Assembly (NCBI RefSeq): GCF_964213995.1
Contig: NC_135830.1
Location: 682,001 to 746,000 of the forward strand
Reading direction: 5' to 3'
Source of the DNA: Mustelus asterias
Lineage: Eukaryota
DNA: 64,000 nucleotides
Under the pieces are notes generated by a model. The model did not search any database and had not been told where the DNA came from. It saw only the letters and a list, made by a program, of their open reading frames with translations. The position numbers and the translations under genes are program-made. Each line of letters begins with the position of its first letter. Positions within the stretch are counted from its first letter, which is position 1. Below, one piece after another: positions 62,265 to 64,000 of this stretch.

Positions 62265-62576
62265 GACTGATTCCCCCAGTCATCAGTCTCGTCTCTGAAA
62301 CTGATGAGTTGAGAGCAAAGGGGTTTGTGCAGCTGATTTGTTTGATCAGCGAGTACAAACCAGAAAGCATTGGAGTGAGCTGGGAGAAGAATGGAAACGC
62401 CCTACAGTCTGGCTTCACCACTACGTCTCCATGTAAAACAGCAAACGGAAAATCCCAATCCAGGAGCATCCTTAAGTTGCCACTTCAGGAATGGAACAGC
62501 GGTTCCACGTACAGCTGCCAAGTGACCCATTCTGCTACCAACAGCAACAAACGAAAAGAAATTAGATCAACATCAG
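62265..62576 (+). CDS. IgNAR: IgNAR constant domain 1 (C1) exon
   Basis: Acceptor TTTTAG ends 62264. Translation (G)LIPPVISLVSETDELRAKGFVQLICLISEYKPESIGVSWEKNG..LPLQEWNSGSTYSCQVTHSATNSNKRKEIRSTS is a C1-set Ig domain; phase-1 donor GTGAG at 62577. Confidence 0.95.
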
Positions 62577-62869
62577 GTGAGGAAATGGAACCAACTCACA
62601 AACTTCCAGATGTCATGCAATCTTATTTTATTTTCAGGATTCAATTCATTGGGAAGCTGGCACATAAACTATTCGATAAGCATTAAAAATCCGAGAAAGA
62701 AAACCCAGAAAATTTTGTGAAAACACAGCAATATCTTTGACGAGGGAAGCAGTAAGACTTTGGAATCATCTTTAGCAATTTCTGTTTTTTAAAAATTTCA
62801 TATTCACAGAATTTCACATATTTTGTTCTTGGAGATCCTGAAGCAGACCAATTGAATCATATATTCATA

Positions 62870-63705
62870 GCACATACATTGCAGAATAGGCCCTTCGGCC
62901 TCTGGAGTCTGTAAGGACACCAAAGAAGTACGAACTCCCGCTTTATCCCATTCACCAGCAGTTGTCCCCATAGCCTTGAATGTGATGACGTGACAAGTGC
63001 ACAGGCAGACACTTTTTAAAAGGATGTGAGACAAACCGCCTCTACCATCCTCTTAGGAAGTGCAGGCCAGACCATCATCACAATCTGGGAGTAAATCGTC
63101 TTTCCTCAAATCATCGTAAAATGCCAACCCTTCAGCTTGAACTTCTAACCCCTCCTGACGGATCCTTTAACTAAGGCACAACTTTCCTTATCCACGCTGC
63201 CCATGCCCCTCATAATCTTGTATGCCTCGATCAGGAAAGCCCTCGTTTCTCTCTGCTCCAAAGAAATCAACCTAAGCCTATCCATCCTCTCTTCGTAAAT
63301 TAAATGCTGCAAGCCAGGCAGCATCCTGGTGAATCTCCTCTGCATCCCTCCAGTTCAATCATATTCTTCCTACAATCTGGCCACCAGAACTGCACACACT
63401 GCACTAGCTATGGCCTCACCAAAGTTCGATACAAGTATAACATGATTTCCCTGATTTTGTAATCGATACCTCGATGGAGAAAGACAAGTATCCAAATGCC
63501 TTTTTTCACCACCTTGCTATCATGCCCTTCGGTCTTCAGGGATTTATAGACATATACCCCAAGGTTCCCTTGTTCAACATAACTTACAAGTGTCATGCCG
63601 TTCAATCAATACTTATTTGTCAAATGACTCCTTTCAACGTGTATCACGTCACACTTTTCATGGTTACATTCCATTTGCCACTAATCTGCCCATTGAACTT
63701 CCTGT
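62870..63705 (-). mobile_element. Degenerate CR1 3' fragment
   Basis: ORFs 63145..63345 and 63408..63605 contain QRRFTRMLPG and GIDYK..LYRTLVRP. Confidence 0.85.
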
Positions 63706-64000
63706 GAGTGTGGTCAGTTCGAGTCAATGTTGCAGTTAAACATTACAGAAAAATTGCTTGGAATTCATTCAGCAGTAATGGCCAAGCTGCTTAATAATGC
63801 TTTTCAGAAGAGACCGTGAGGTTTTGAAAGGCTGAACGTCCTCATTTTGCTGTCGATCTTTCTCTTTTTCAACTACGGTGTCTGAAGTGCCCAATGTTGA
63901 TTACAATTGGGAGAATGTTGCAAAAGACAATTCTCAGACGCCTTCTCACGAATGTTATGCTTTGGGTAAAGAATGTATTGAGTATAATCTATTTACAATA

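Overview
Repeat-dense cartilaginous-fish (shark) genomic DNA. The V domain and HE1-type SINEs suggest a carcharhiniform/houndshark-like species; this is an inference from recalled sequences. The main gene is an unrearranged germline IgNAR (heavy-chain-only antibody) cluster on the + strand. It has an octamer/TATA promoter (~52.75-52.79 kb), leader exon (52885-52927), type II VNAR exon (53068-53342), FOUR RSS-flanked D segments (53600, 54069, 54342, 54739), one J (55133-55178) and the C1 exon (62265-62576); C2-C5 would lie beyond the window. The usual IgNAR description is 1V-3D-1J. Here D1 and D2 come from a ~470-bp tandem duplication that also copied the V 3' end and its RSS. The J-C1 intron holds a near-perfect 385-bp-arm palindromic Penelope-like insertion with a 13-bp TSD and minimal hammerhead ribozyme motifs. 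Upstream (1-50 kb) are two convergent C2H2 zinc-finger pseudogenes with a CpG/CCAAT/GC-box promoter, at least nine decayed tRNA genes (13.6-26 kb), a GPR139-like GPCR pseudogene, and three more Penelope-like insertions with TSDs. There are also many CR1 LINE fragments (one with an intact 939-aa ORF2) and tRNA-derived SINEs. All coordinates and alignments were read by eye; no database searches were run.
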